A stretch of DNA of 47,147 bases from Rhizobiaceae bacterium (GTDB lineage: Bacteria > Pseudomonadota > Alphaproteobacteria > Rhizobiales > Rhizobiaceae): NCBI GenBank assembly GCA_020696915.1, contig JAJFMR010000001.1:1-47147 (forward strand), written 5' to 3'. Made by a program: the position numbers and the translations under genes. A model generated the notes under the pieces. The model worked only from the letters and a program-made list of their open reading frames with translations. It ran no database searches and was not told where the DNA came from. Shown here piece by piece: positions 37,637 to 47,147 of the stretch (positions within the stretch are counted from its first letter, which is position 1; each line of letters begins with the position of its first letter).

Positions 37637-38254
37637 CTATTCCAGGATTTCCCTGGAGGCGACGGTCGAGTCGGCATTGAGGCGATAGACGATCGGCACG
37701 CCGGTGCCGAGTTCGAGCTTGACGATCTCTTCGCCGCTGAGGCCGTCGAGCGCCATGATCAGCGCCCTCAGCGAGTTTCCGTGCGCCGAAACCAGCACCG
37801 TCCCGCCGCTCAGCACGTGCGGCTGGATATCGTGGATGTAGTAAGGCCAGACGCGCGCCCCGGTGTCCCGGAGGCTCTCGCCGCCCGGTGGCGGCACGTC
37901 GTAGGAGCGCCGCCACACATGCACCTGCTCCTCGCCCCATTTCTTCCGCGCATCGTCCTTGTTGAGGCCCGAGAGGTCGCCGTAGTCGCGTTCGTTGAGG
38001 GCCAGGTTGCGGACCGTCGTCAGCCCCGTCTGGCCGACGGCCGCCAGGATGTGATCCGAGGTCTTCTGGGCGCGCTGCAGGACCGAGGTGAAGGCGATGT
38101 CGAATTTCAGGCCGCGCCGCTCGAGCTTCGCGCCGGCTTCCCTGGCCTCCTGATGCCCGAGCTCCGACAGGTCGACGTCCCGCCATCCGGTGAAGAGGTT
38201 CTTCAGGTTCCATTCGCTCTGGCCGTGGCGGACGAGGACGAGGGTGCCGGACAT
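37637..38254 (-). CDS. gpmA: 2,3-bisphosphoglycerate-dependent phosphoglycerate mutase (short alphaproteobacterial form)
   Basis: 205 aa. Active-site motifs [10 protein letters not shown] and [10 protein letters not shown] chose ATG 38254 (GGGAGA upstream); the ORF is open to 38359. Confidence 0.93.
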   Translation of the reverse strand: MSGTLVLVRHGQSEWNLKNLFTGWRDVDLSELGHQEAREAGAKLERRGLKFDIAFTSVLQRAQKTSDHILAAVGQTGLTTVRNLALNERDYGDLSGLNKDDARKKWGEEQVHVWRRSYDVPPPGGESLRDTGARVWPYYIHDIQPHVLSGGTVLVSAHGNSLRALIMALDGLSGEEIVKLELGTGVPIVYRLNADSTVASREILE

Positions 38255-38452
38255 GATTTCTCCCATGACATTCCTCAGGCGGCGAGGGCGGCCGCCGCCG
38301 GGCGCACAAGCACATAGATGCAAGGCCGTCCGGCGTCCAGCCTGCGAGCTTTCCCCCAAATCGCGTGCAGCTCCGGACCGCCACGCGGATTGGCTTGCCG
38401 GACGATTCCTGCGGGAGAAACACCAGCTGCAGCGCCGAGCTGCGTTTCTTTC

Positions 38453-39277
38453 TCAGCGCACTCCGCCGCCAAGGCCGAGCACGTCGCGCATTGAGTAGAG
38501 GCCGGCCTTCCTGCCGCGTGCCCACAGGGCGGCCTTGACCGCGCCGCGCGCGAAAATCCCGCGATCTTCGGCATCGTGCGACAGGGTGATGCGCTCGCCG
38601 GGGCCGGCCAGGATGACGGAATGGTCGCCGACCACGGAGCCGCCGCGCAATGCCGCGAACCCGATGCTGCCGGGGCGCCGCGGTCCGGTATGGCCGTCGC
38701 GGCCCCTGACGCTTTCCCGCTGCAGCTCGATCCCGCGGCCGCGCGCGGCGGCCTCGCCCAGAAGCAGCGCCGTACCGGATGGCGCGTCGACCTTGTGGCG
38801 GTGGTGCATTTCGAGGATCTCGATATCGAAATCCTGCCGGTCCAGCGCCTTCGCCGCCTGCTCGACGAGTGCTGCGAGCAGGTTGACGCCGAGGCTCATA
38901 TTGCCGGATTTGACGATCGTCGCATGGCGCGCGGCCGCGGCAATCCTGCTGTCGTCCTCTTGGCTGCAGCCGGTCGTCCCGATGACGTGGACGATGCGCG
39001 CCTGCGCGGCGTAGCCTGCAAACTCGACGCTGGCCGCCGGCAGGCTGAAGTCGAGGACGCCGTCGGCCTTGGCGAACGCCGCCAGCGGATCATCGGTGAC
39101 GGCCACTCCCGTCGTGCCGATACCGGCTATGTCGCCGGCATCCCTGCCAAGCTGGGGCGAGCCCGGCCGCTCGACGGCCCCGGCGAGCCGCACGCCCTCC
39201 ATCGAAGCGATGGTGCGGACAAGCACCTGGCCCATCCGCCCTGCAGCGCCGACGACGACCAGGTTCATTTCGCCCAT
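38453..39277 (-). CDS. dapB: 4-hydroxy-tetrahydrodipicolinate reductase
   Basis: Motifs: [34 protein letters not shown] 39277 is preceded by GAGGAG. The long 5' extension of the ORF is an artefact. Confidence 0.95.
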   Translation of the reverse strand: MGEMNLVVVGAAGRMGQVLVRTIASMEGVRLAGAVERPGSPQLGRDAGDIAGIGTTGVAVTDDPLAAFAKADGVLDFSLPAASVEFAGYAAQARIVHVIGTTGCSQEDDSRIAAAARHATIVKSGNMSLGVNLLAALVEQAAKALDRQDFDIEILEMHHRHKVDAPSGTALLLGEAAARGRGIELQRESVRGRDGHTGPRRPGSIGFAALRGGSVVGDHSVILAGPGERITLSHDAEDRGIFARGAVKAALWARGRKAGLYSMRDVLGLGGGVR

Positions 39278-39312
39278 CAAGAACTCCTCCTCGCGGCTGC
39301 CGGAAAGCTGCC

Positions 39313-40329
39313 TCAGCGCCGCCAGCGGCGGCCCTCGGTTTCCACTCCGAAACGCTCGGGGGAACACGCGTAGGCGGCGAGCCCCGCCAGCGCGCCGAGC
39401 GCATCGGTGATGACATAAACGGGAATCGTCGCCATCATCGCACTGTGCGGCGCCTTGTCGTTGAAGGCCGCGCGAAAATTTCCAGCCTTGAGCGCCGGGA
39501 CGATTTTTTGCGCGATGCCGCCGCTGAGGAAAACGCCGCCGCGGCTCTTGAACACCAGTGCGACGTCGCCGGCAGTCCGCCCGAGGCAGGTCACGAAGAA
39601 CGACAGCGCCTCCGCCGCGATCTCGTCCGAGCCGTCGAGCGCGGCGCCGGTGATGGCGGCCGGCCCGGTCAGGCGCGGCACCTTGCCGTCCGCCGCGGCG
39701 ACGGCGCGGTAGGCATTGACCAGGCCGCGCCCGCACAGGATCTGCTCTCCGGAAATCCTGCCCTCGATCGGCTCGAGATGCGCAAAGATGTCGACGTCGC
39801 GGCGGCTGCGCGGCCCGATGTCCATGTGGCCGCCTTCGCCGGGCACGGGTATCCAGATGCCGCGCGAATGCACGAGGCCGGCGACGCCGAGCCCGGTTCC
39901 CGGGCCGAGCACCACACGTGCGGCGTTGGGGACCGGTTCGTCTCCGCCGATCTTTTCGAGCGAGTCTTCACCGAGCGCCAGGACCGCCAGCGCCTGCGCC
40001 TCGAAATCGTTCAGGACGACGATGTCGGCAATGCCGGTCGAACGGGACATTTCCCTCGGCCGCACCACCCAGGGACAATTGGTGAGCGCGATCGCGTCGC
40101 CGTCGACGGGGCCGGCAACCGCGATCACTGCCGAACGCGCCGTCACGCCGAGTCGCTCAAGGACGGCCGTCCTGATGGCGTCGTCGATGGTCCGGAATTC
40201 GGCGGTCTGCACGATCTGCGGTGCGCCCATGCCCGACCGGGCGTCGCTCACCACGGCAAAGCGCGCGTTGGTGCCGCCCACATCCCCGAGCAGGATGGGA
40301 AATTCGAAAGCCTCGGCCTCGCCCGTCAT
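39313..40329 (-). CDS. glk: glucokinase
   Basis: 338 aa. The N-terminal ATP motif [13 protein letters not shown] plus [14 protein letters not shown] and FLSGGI. I chose ATG 40329. Confidence 0.9.
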   Translation of the reverse strand: MTGEAEAFEFPILLGDVGGTNARFAVVSDARSGMGAPQIVQTAEFRTIDDAIRTAVLERLGVTARSAVIAVAGPVDGDAIALTNCPWVVRPREMSRSTGIADIVVLNDFEAQALAVLALGEDSLEKIGGDEPVPNAARVVLGPGTGLGVAGLVHSRGIWIPVPGEGGHMDIGPRSRRDVDIFAHLEPIEGRISGEQILCGRGLVNAYRAVAAADGKVPRLTGPAAITGAALDGSDEIAAEALSFFVTCLGRTAGDVALVFKSRGGVFLSGGIAQKIVPALKAGNFRAAFNDKAPHSAMMATIPVYVITDALGALAGLAAYACSPERFGVETEGRRWRR

Positions 40330-40474
40330 CCGCCGTTTCCCGTGCCCGTCGCCGCCTTCCCGGCATCGTCCGTCATGCGGCATTGCGACCGCCGGATCAA
40401 CGGCAAATGCGCGTCTCGACCGAGCATGCCGCCGGACTGGCCGCCTCTTCTGGCGGGCGGGGAACGAACCTCGG

Positions 40475-41530
40475 CTATTCCGGGCGGGCCTCCGGCAGCG
40501 GGATGACGACGTCGGCCGACGGCAAGTAGGCATTGGCCTGGATCCCGACCGACGCCGCGTCCTGCGGGGGGCGGGGCGCCGAAGCGACCGCCGCGGGCGG
40601 CGCCTTGCCGCGATAGGTGACGGCTGCCTCGGATTGCGGCGCGGGCGCAGCGAGCACGCCGCTGCAGGCTTTCGGCAGGCTCGACAGTTTCATGAGATCG
40701 CGGGCCTTCGGCGCGTCGGGGTTCTTGTTCGGGCGCCATGGTTCCTCCGTGAACCACCAGGCCAGCGACTTGTCGCAGCCGGTGCCGGTGCCGGTCGAAG
40801 CCTGCGACTTGCAGCCGGTCGACCCCGGCTGGCAACCGATGCGGATGTGGAAGTGATAGTCGTGGCCCCAGAACGGCCGGACCTTGTTCAGCCAGCCCCG
40901 GTCGCCGGTGACCGTGTCGCAGAGCTTCTTCTTGATGCCGGGATGGACGAGGATACGCTCCACCTGCGGATAGCGGGCGGCCCGTTTCAGCAGCCTGGCA
41001 TGAGCGGGGGTCCAGACCTTCTCGTCGACCAGCAGCCCATTCTTCCTGATCATCGAGACGGCGCTCACCGTCTCGCGCTCCGCGGCCGAAAGCCTTGCGT
41101 CCGGCATCGGGTTAAACCAGATGTCGGCATCGAGCCCGATCTGGTGGGAGGCATGGCCGGTCAGCATCGGTCCGCCGCGCGGCTGCGAGATGTCGCCCAC
41201 CAGCAGCCCCGGCCAGCCATCGGCAACGGCCTCGCGCGACAATCGTTCGATGAGCGCGATCAGCGTCGGGTGGCCCCAGCGGCGGTTGCGCGACAGCCGC
41301 ATCGCCTGCCAGGTCGGGCCGTCCGCGGCGATTGCCACGCCTCCCGCAAAGCAGCCCTTCGAATAGAAGCCATAGGATTTGGCGGGCAGCGCCGCCGGCA
41401 GGCGCTTCGACCCAAACAGGTCCTTGGCCAGTTCTTCCGCCCCGGCTCGGCTCGTGACGCCGCCGGACACAGCCAGGATTGCGAGGCAGGCTGCCGCCAG
41501 CCGCGCAGCCGTCTGCAGGAAAACTCTCAT
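40475..41530 (-). CDS. mepA: penicillin-insensitive murein endopeptidase (peptidase M74)
   Basis: Signal peptide MRVFLQTAARLAAACLAILAVSG. Motifs: RNRRWGHP, GDISQPRGGPM..GHASHQIGLDADIW, HFHIRI. I chose ATG 41530. Confidence 0.88.
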   Translation of the reverse strand: MRVFLQTAARLAAACLAILAVSGGVTSRAGAEELAKDLFGSKRLPAALPAKSYGFYSKGCFAGGVAIAADGPTWQAMRLSRNRRWGHPTLIALIERLSREAVADGWPGLLVGDISQPRGGPMLTGHASHQIGLDADIWFNPMPDARLSAAERETVSAVSMIRKNGLLVDEKVWTPAHARLLKRAARYPQVERILVHPGIKKKLCDTVTGDRGWLNKVRPFWGHDYHFHIRIGCQPGSTGCKSQASTGTGTGCDKSLAWWFTEEPWRPNKNPDAPKARDLMKLSSLPKACSGVLAAPAPQSEAAVTYRGKAPPAAVASAPRPPQDAASVGIQANAYLPSADVVIPLPEARPE

Positions 41531-41662
41531 CGGCGTCCCACCTCTCGCTTGCCGCCGGCCCGCCTGACCCATTGCTGCCCGAGCTTGAGCCTCGATGGTT
41601 ACCCGAAAATTAAGACAAGGGGAATCGCGCGCCAACGATCGCGCGCCGGCACTGCCCTTCGA

Positions 41663-42580
41663 TCACCCGAACTTCATTGGACTGCGCGCATCCGCCTCTC
41701 CCGCGCCCGCCCAGTTTCCCTCGGCCCACATGGCATCCAGCGCCGAGCGGTAGTCGGGAAAGCGCAGATGATAGCCACAGGCCTTCAGCGCCGCGTTCGA
41801 GACCCGCTTGTTCTCGCCATAGAAGGAACGGGCCATGGACGTGATGACCGCGGCGTCGAAGGGGATTTCGGGAGGCGCCTCCATCCCTGCCAGACCGGCG
41901 GCGTAGGCCACCACGTCCTGCGGTGGCGCCGGCAGGTCGTCGGTCACGTTGAAGACGCCGCCCCGGCCTTGATCCATGAGATGCCAGAGTGCCCCGGCGA
42001 TGTCGGCAACATGGATGCGGTTGAACACCTGGCCGGGCTTGACCAGCCGCCGGGCTGTTCCATGGGCGAGATTTACCATAGCGTTGCGGCCGGGACCGTA
42101 AATGCCGGCGAGCCGCAGCACGGCCACCGGCGCATCGCTGCGGCGGCCGACGTCGAGCCACTCGCGCTCGGCTTCGAGCCGCAGGACGGAGCGGCGGGAA
42201 ACTGGGCGGCATGGGCTCGTTTCGTCCACCCACCGCCCGGCATGGTCGCCATAGACGCCGACGGTCGACAGATACGCTATCCAGCGCAGCCGCGGCATGC
42301 GGCTGGAGACATCGCCGAAAAACAGGTTTTTCGCAACCGGGTCGCCGGTTTCGTCGGGGGGGATGGACACAATGACGGCGGCGGCTTCCCGGAGCCTTTC
42401 GGCCAGCGCCGGCGACGGCTCGCCGTTGAACAGCAGCGGTTCCATGCCCGCTTGTTCGAGCGAACCGAACCGGTCCTCCGAACGCGTCGTTCCGGCGATG
42501 GCGGCGGCCCGTCCGGGGCGCGCCGCCGCAAAGGCTTTCGCCGAATAGCCGGCACCCAGGATGACAATGTTTTCAGTCAT
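41663..42580 (-). CDS. NAD(P)-binding SDR/epimerase-like protein
   Basis: 305 aa. N-terminal Rossmann segment [14 protein letters not shown], with an extended-SDR-like remainder ([17 protein letters not shown]). ATG 42580 overlaps the queG stop (ATGA). Confidence 0.75.
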   Translation of the reverse strand: MTENIVILGAGYSAKAFAAARPGRAAAIAGTTRSEDRFGSLEQAGMEPLLFNGEPSPALAERLREAAAVIVSIPPDETGDPVAKNLFFGDVSSRMPRLRWIAYLSTVGVYGDHAGRWVDETSPCRPVSRRSVLRLEAEREWLDVGRRSDAPVAVLRLAGIYGPGRNAMVNLAHGTARRLVKPGQVFNRIHVADIAGALWHLMDQGRGGVFNVTDDLPAPPQDVVAYAAGLAGMEAPPEIPFDAAVITSMARSFYGENKRVSNAALKACGYHLRFPDYRSALDAMWAEGNWAGAGEADARSPMKFG

Positions 42581-43758
42581 GCCGCTTCCCCCGCGGGCAT
42601 CCGCGCAGCGCCAAGCGCTGAGCTCCACTCGGCTAGCACTTCAGGATCATGCTCGCGCAGAACCTGCCGGGCGGCGAGCGCCGCAAACGCCTGCGGATCG
42701 ACCAGCCGCGAAAGCGCCCAGACGGCGGCGCCCCGCACCAGCGGCGAGGCATCGCCGGTCAGCCCGAGGCAGGCGTCGGCCAGCCTCCCGTCGCGGGAGT
42801 TCCCGGCTGCCACCAGCACGTTGCGCAGAAAGCGGTCGCGGCCGATGCGCTTTACCGGCGAGCCGGAAAACAGCGAACGGAACGCCGCGTCGTCGAGCGC
42901 GAGCAGGTCCGCAAGGCGAGGCTCGCGCAACTCGTCCCGAGCCTGCAGCCTGGCTTCCGAGGCGGCCCTTGCGAATTTGTTCCAGGGGCAGGCCGCCAGG
43001 CAATCGTCGCAGCCATAGATACGATTGCCGAGCGCCTCGCGGAACTCGAGCGGGATCGCTCCCTTGTTCTCGATCGTGAGATAGGAGATGCAGCGCCGCG
43101 CATCGAGCCGGTAGGGAGCGGGGAATGCCTTTGTCGGGCAGGCATCGAGACACGCGCGGCAGGAGCCGCAGAGGTCGTCCTGCGGCAGGTCGGGAGGGAT
43201 TTCGGCCGTCGTGAAGATGCTGCCCAGAAACAGCCATGAGCCGAACTCGCGACTGACCAGATTGCTGTGCTTGCCCTGCCAGCCCAGGCCGGCGGCCGCG
43301 GCGAGCGGCTTTTCCATGACCGGCGCCGTGTCGACGAACACCTTGACGTCGCCGCCCGTCATGGCTGCGATGCGGCCGGCAATACCCTTCAGCCGGCCCT
43401 TCATCAATTCGTGGTAGTCCCGGTTCCTTGCATAGACCGAGATGGCGCCGCGCTCCGGCTTTTCGAGGGTTGTCCGCGGATCGCAGTCCGGCCCGTAGTT
43501 CATCGCCATGACGACGATCGAGCGCACCTCCGGCCACAGCGCGCGCGGGTCACCGCGCCGGGCGAGCGTTTCCTCCATCCATCCCATCGAGCCGTGGAAG
43601 CCTTGCGCGACGAATTCCCGCAGGTGCTCCGCGGCCAGCGGAATGGCGTCGGGAGCGGTTACCGCGACGGCGTCGAAGCCGGCCAGCCTGGCCTCGTCGG
43701 CGATCATCTTCCGGAGCGGCGCGCCCCGGACAGGCCGGTCAGAAGTCGAGGTCCGCAT
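42577..43758 (-). CDS. queG: tRNA epoxyqueuosine(34) reductase
   Basis: Two 4Fe-4S ferredoxin motifs ([23 protein letters not shown]), a cobalamin-domain-like N-terminal half and a HEAT-like C-terminus. Start is ATG 43758 or 43707. Confidence 0.88.
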   Translation of the reverse strand: MRTSTSDRPVRGAPLRKMIADEARLAGFDAVAVTAPDAIPLAAEHLREFVAQGFHGSMGWMEETLARRGDPRALWPEVRSIVVMAMNYGPDCDPRTTLEKPERGAISVYARNRDYHELMKGRLKGIAGRIAAMTGGDVKVFVDTAPVMEKPLAAAAGLGWQGKHSNLVSREFGSWLFLGSIFTTAEIPPDLPQDDLCGSCRACLDACPTKAFPAPYRLDARRCISYLTIENKGAIPLEFREALGNRIYGCDDCLAACPWNKFARAASEARLQARDELREPRLADLLALDDAAFRSLFSGSPVKRIGRDRFLRNVLVAAGNSRDGRLADACLGLTGDASPLVRGAAVWALSRLVDPQAFAALAARQVLREHDPEVLAEWSSALGAARMPAGEAA

Positions 43759-44431
43759 AATGCGATGCCGGGGACAATCCCCTCACCCGGTCCGACAGCA
43801 GCGGCCGGAAGGATGGCCGCGACTTGACCCTTGCATACCAGTCGCGCGCTGCGGTGAAGTCGCGCCAGTCGATCTCGCCGAGATAGTCGAGGATCGACAG
43901 CGTCGCGGCGGCTGCTAGATCGGCATAGGTGATTCGCGGGCCGGCCAGCCAAGGCCGGGTTCCGGCCAGCCAGTTGGTGTATTTCATGTGCTGCCTGATG
44001 TTGGCGCGCGCCGCCCGGATGGCCGCCGAATCCGGCGAGCCGCCGCCCAGCGCCTCGGGCATGAGCGGCTTCAGCACGCGTTCGCGCACCAGATGACGCG
44101 TGACCTCGCTCTCCGATTTGACCAGATACCAGTCGGCGAGCCGGCGGATTTCGGCGCGGTCCAGCGGGTCCTCGGCAAGCAGCCGGCGATCCCGCTTCAG
44201 GACGCCGCGCGTCTCGTCGAGATATTCGGCGATCACCGGTGCGCCGATGATCGGCACGTCGCCCTCCGCCAGCAGCACGGGGAGCGTTCCGGCAGCATTC
44301 AGCGCCAGGAACTCCTTGCGGCGCGTCCACGGCTTTTCCTCGATGAGCGCCACCTCCTCGCCATATTCCCCGAGCGCCAGGCGCACGAAACGGCAGGTCG
44401 CAAACATCGGATGATGAAAAAGCGTCAGCAT
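43739..44431 (-). CDS. glutathione S-transferase family protein
   Basis: 230 aa. Thioredoxin-like N-terminal domain ([19 protein letters not shown]...AGTLPVL) and a helical C-terminal domain. I chose ATG 44431. Confidence 0.8.
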   Translation of the reverse strand: MLTLFHHPMFATCRFVRLALGEYGEEVALIEEKPWTRRKEFLALNAAGTLPVLLAEGDVPIIGAPVIAEYLDETRGVLKRDRRLLAEDPLDRAEIRRLADWYLVKSESEVTRHLVRERVLKPLMPEALGGGSPDSAAIRAARANIRQHMKYTNWLAGTRPWLAGPRITYADLAAAATLSILDYLGEIDWRDFTAARDWYARVKSRPSFRPLLSDRVRGLSPASHYADLDF

Positions 44432-44589
44432 GATTCCCGGGCGTGGAATTTCCAAAAAGCGTCTGGTTTCAGGACGGCGCCGCCGTTACATGGGCAGCGC
44501 CCGCTTCGCGGGTCCGTCACGGCGCACGAGCTATAGGGTGAGTTCCGCGCCATGACAAGCAATGCGGCTCCCGGGGACGGCGGACGAGA

Positions 44590-45396
44590 ATGCAGGATCA
44601 GACGATCGCCGAAGCGGTGCTGCTCGGCCTGCTGGAGGGCCTCACGGAGTTCATCCCGGTGTCGTCGACGGGGCACATCCTGCTTGCCGGACACTTCCTG
44701 GGGTTCCGCTCGACAGGCAAGGCATTCGAGATCCTGATCCAGCTTGGAGCGATCCTGGCGATCCTCAGCGTCTATGCCAGCCGGCTGTGGAAGATCGCGG
44801 CCGAGCTGCCGTCGAGCCCCGTGGCGCGGCGCTTCCTGCTGGGAGTCCTCGTCGCGTTCCTTCCGGCCGCGGCGGCCGGCATGGCCGGACACGCGTTCAT
44901 CAAGACGGTGCTGTTCGAGACTCCGAAGCTGATCTGCATGATGCTCATCCTGGGCGGGCTGGTGCTGTTGCTGGTCGACCGGATTCCGCTGCAGCCGCGC
45001 TACCGGGACGTCATGGAGTTTCCGCTGCCGCTCTGCCTCGGGATCGGTCTGTTCCAGTGCCTGGCGCTCATTCCGGGCACCTCCCGTTCCGGCGCCACCA
45101 TCGTCGGCGCCCTCCTGATGGGTACCGACAAGCGGTCCGCCGCGGAGTTCTCGTTCTTTCTGGCCATGCCTACCATGGCCGGGGCGTTCGCCTACGACCT
45201 CTTCAAGAATCGCGACGTCCTGTCGTCCGCCGACCTGCCCATTATCGCCGCCGGCTTTTTTGCCGCCTTCGTGATGGCGGTGCTCGCGGTTCGCTATCTG
45301 CTCGACTACGTGTCGCGGCATGGCTTTTGGGTGTTCGCCTGGTGGCGGCTCGCCGTCGGTGTCGTCGGTCTTGCGGCTCTGCTGGCCTGGGGCTGA
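44590..45396 (+). CDS. uppP: undecaprenyl-diphosphate phosphatase
   Basis: 268 aa. BacA/UppP motifs: [24 protein letters not shown]. Polytopic. Confidence 0.95.
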   Translation: MQDQTIAEAVLLGLLEGLTEFIPVSSTGHILLAGHFLGFRSTGKAFEILIQLGAILAILSVYASRLWKIAAELPSSPVARRFLLGVLVAFLPAAAAGMAGHAFIKTVLFETPKLICMMLILGGLVLLLVDRIPLQPRYRDVMEFPLPLCLGIGLFQCLALIPGTSRSGATIVGALLMGTDKRSAAEFSFFLAMPTMAGAFAYDLFKNRDVLSSADLPIIAAGFFAAFVMAVLAVRYLLDYVSRHGFWVFAWWRLAVGVVGLAALLAWG

Positions 45397-45488
45397 ATCC
45401 CGGGTCGGGACAATCGAGCGCGGCAGGGGGATGCAGTGCGCAGCAAAACGCCGGCCTGAAAGTCGGGGCGTGCGCCCGGCAAGCCGGT

Positions 45489-46463
45489 CTAGATTTGGCT
45501 GGTGTGAGCGAACTGTCCGGCCGATCGATACTGCCAGAGATAGGAAGGCAGGATTGCCGCGGCGGACTGCGGCCGGATGCCGAGCCCAGCAAAGGTGCGC
45601 CCTTCCGCCTCGGCTTCGCGCGAAACGACATTGTCGCTCCTCAGAAGCTCCACCTGGTCGCGGGTGAGCAACGGCCTGGGCATCAGCCCGAGCACGGACG
45701 CCTGCAACGAGGCCAACCACCACGGGACCGGCACCAGCATGCGTCGGCGGCCGATGACCGCCAGCATCTCCTCCATCAATTCCTTGAAGCTGCGCACATC
45801 GGGGCCGCCGAGTTCGTAGATCCTGCCGCCGGCAACCTCGCCATCAACCGATCGGGCAATGGCTTCGGCGACATCGCCGACATAGGCCGGCTGGAACTTC
45901 GTATGACCGCCGCCGATCAGCGGCAGCACCGGGGACACCCGCGCCATTGCCGCGAAGCGGTTGAAGAACTCGTCCTCCGGGCCAAACAGGATGGACGGCC
46001 GGAAGACGACGGCACCCGCAACGGTCTCGAGCACTGCCGTCTCCCCAGCGGCCTTGGTGCGCGCATAGTCCGAGGCAGAGTCTTTATCCGCGCCGATGGC
46101 AGAGACGTGCGTGAGGCCGAGTCCTTCGGCCGCCGCCGCTTCGGCTACCGCGCGGGCCCCGGCCTCGTGCACGGCGGCAAAGGTCTGCGGACCGGAGCCG
46201 AAGAGTATGCCCACCAGATTGACGACGTGGTCCGCCCCCTCCACCGCGCGGTCGATCGACCAGCGGACGCGGACATTGGCCTGCACGGCGTGGACCTGTC
46301 CCATGTTGCCCAGCGGCTGCAGATGGCCGGCGAGCTCCGGCCTGCGCACCGCGGCGCGAATGCGGTAACCGCGGGCCGCCAGTTCCCTGACCACATGCCG
46401 CCCGAGAAAACCGGACCCGCCGAACACGGTGACGAGCTTCGGTTTCTCGAGGATCTCGGTCAT
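45489..46463 (-). CDS. complex I NDUFA9 subunit-like NAD(P)H-binding (atypical SDR) protein
   Basis: 324 aa. Motifs: VTVFGGSGFLGRHVVREL, Y..TK, RPSILFGPED.FFN, QP.YVGDVA. GGAG SD upstream. Confidence 0.85.
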   Translation of the reverse strand: MTEILEKPKLVTVFGGSGFLGRHVVRELAARGYRIRAAVRRPELAGHLQPLGNMGQVHAVQANVRVRWSIDRAVEGADHVVNLVGILFGSGPQTFAAVHEAGARAVAEAAAAEGLGLTHVSAIGADKDSASDYARTKAAGETAVLETVAGAVVFRPSILFGPEDEFFNRFAAMARVSPVLPLIGGGHTKFQPAYVGDVAEAIARSVDGEVAGGRIYELGGPDVRSFKELMEEMLAVIGRRRMLVPVPWWLASLQASVLGLMPRPLLTRDQVELLRSDNVVSREAEAEGRTFAGLGIRPQSAAAILPSYLWQYRSAGQFAHTSQI

Positions 46464-46554
46464 TGGGGGCTCCGGGCCGCGTCCTGTGGACGCCTTGGTC
46501 GAGCGCTTCTTAGACCGTCTGTCCCTGCGGTGGAAGTGGCCGGCGCCCGTGCCT

Positions 46555-47007
46555 TCAGAACTGCCGGCCGAGCCGGTGGTCGACCGAGTGGCGGTTGCCG
46601 CCGCGGACGACGAAGAAGAAAAAGATCGCGGCCCACAGGATCGACTTCTCCGCCCCGGCGAATCCCTGGTCCATGGTCACCCAATGGAACCAGACGGTGA
46701 CGAGCAGGATGAACATGGCTGCCAGCGAGGCCGGTCGCGTCAGCAGGCCGGCGGCGATGAGCATGCCGCCGAAGAACTCCGTGAACGACAGGAGCGGCGA
46801 CCAAAATGTGCCGGGATAGAAGCCGAGCGATTCGACCATACCCGCCGCGCCGAACGGATCCCCGATCTTGCCGAGGCCGTGGGTGACCAGGGCAACGCCG
46901 GCAACCAGCCTGAGCAGCGTCTCGGCTCCCTCATGGAGAGCGGCGTAGACGCTGCCAAGCGCCGGAACGATCAGTCGGGGACGGGAAGTATCGGTCACCT
47001 CGGTCAC
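46555..47007 (-). CDS. DoxX family membrane protein
   Basis: About four TM helices, with LLRLVAGVALVTHGLGKI and GMLIAAGLLTRPASLA typical of DoxX. I chose GTG 47007 (GGAGA upstream); the ORF is open to ATG 47049. Confidence 0.8.
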   Translation of the reverse strand: MTEVTDTSRPRLIVPALGSVYAALHEGAETLLRLVAGVALVTHGLGKIGDPFGAAGMVESLGFYPGTFWSPLLSFTEFFGGMLIAAGLLTRPASLAAMFILLVTVWFHWVTMDQGFAGAEKSILWAAIFFFFVVRGGNRHSVDHRLGRQF

Positions 47008-47147
47008 GGGAATCTCCACGATGTTGCAGTGCAGCAAACCATGGCGCAAGTGCGTTCACGGTCAAGTCAAGAAGGTTTGAGAAAAAGTGAGGTAAGCCGG
47101 AATACTCCCGCGCTGCCGGCTCGCATCGGACGACCCCTCCACGGCCC

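Noticed and set aside
39716-43018. 1100-codon plus-strand ORF spanning glk, mepA, the SDR-like gene and queG
   Set aside because: It runs antisense to four well-supported genes. Its composition is extremely Arg/Ala/Pro/Gly-rich and low-complexity, with no SD and no motifs. This is typical stop-codon depletion in a GC-rich antisense frame.
44425-46700. Long ORFs 44562..46700 (+, 712 aa) and 44425..45723 (-, 432 aa) overlapping uppP and the NDUFA9-like gene
   Set aside because: They are alternate-frame or antisense to genes with clear family motifs. The translations are Arg/Gly/Pro-rich and non-protein-like.

Overview
GC-rich alphaproteobacterial chromosome segment. Gene content and order look Rhizobiales/Hyphomicrobiales-like; this is judged by eye, with no database search. 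The window is densely coding and mostly core or housekeeping. In order: a partial aldo/keto reductase (AKR), a Gfo/Idh/MocA oxidoreductase, dnaK-dnaJ, a pmtA-like methyltransferase, an FMN reductase, pyrF, DUF1330, the intracellular PHB depolymerase phaZ, a BTLCP cysteine peptidase and yifB/comM. Next comes a divergent Liv-type ABC importer locus flanked by two paralogous AKRs (one fused to RidA) plus a TIGR04076-like small Cys protein. After that: gshB, a start-less ParE/RelE toxin relic, a large polytopic membrane protein, SDR-dgoK-dgoA, an orphan Ddl-like ATP-grasp enzyme, an RlpA-like protein and DUF2934. Then a coxMNOP-type alternative heme-copper oxidase with a subunit IV gene, a YbaK-like deacylase, DUF2189, a secreted SH3b protein, a TFIIB-type zinc-ribbon protein, a Crp/Fnr regulator, two small secreted hypotheticals and tRNA-Leu(CAG). 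The window ends with gpmA, dapB, glk, mepA, an NAD-binding SDR-like protein, queG, a GST, uppP, an NDUFA9-like protein and DoxX. I saw no CRISPR array, rRNA, transposase, integrase or recognisable phage-defence genes. The best candidate for an undescribed system is the ABC/AKR/TIGR04076/AKR::RidA locus (11.6-19.5 kb). Its plus-strand operon is chained by four consecutive start/stop overlaps, and I cannot match its composition to any characterised pathway. Secondary leads are a perfect CtrA-type box in front of the orphan BTLCP peptidase, the orphan ATP-grasp enzyme, the 626-aa membrane protein, the ParE relic and a 0.5-kb non-coding gap after the cox cluster. Many long ORFs in the track are antisense or alternate-frame artefacts of high GC. 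All start codons are my best choice and several are uncertain.
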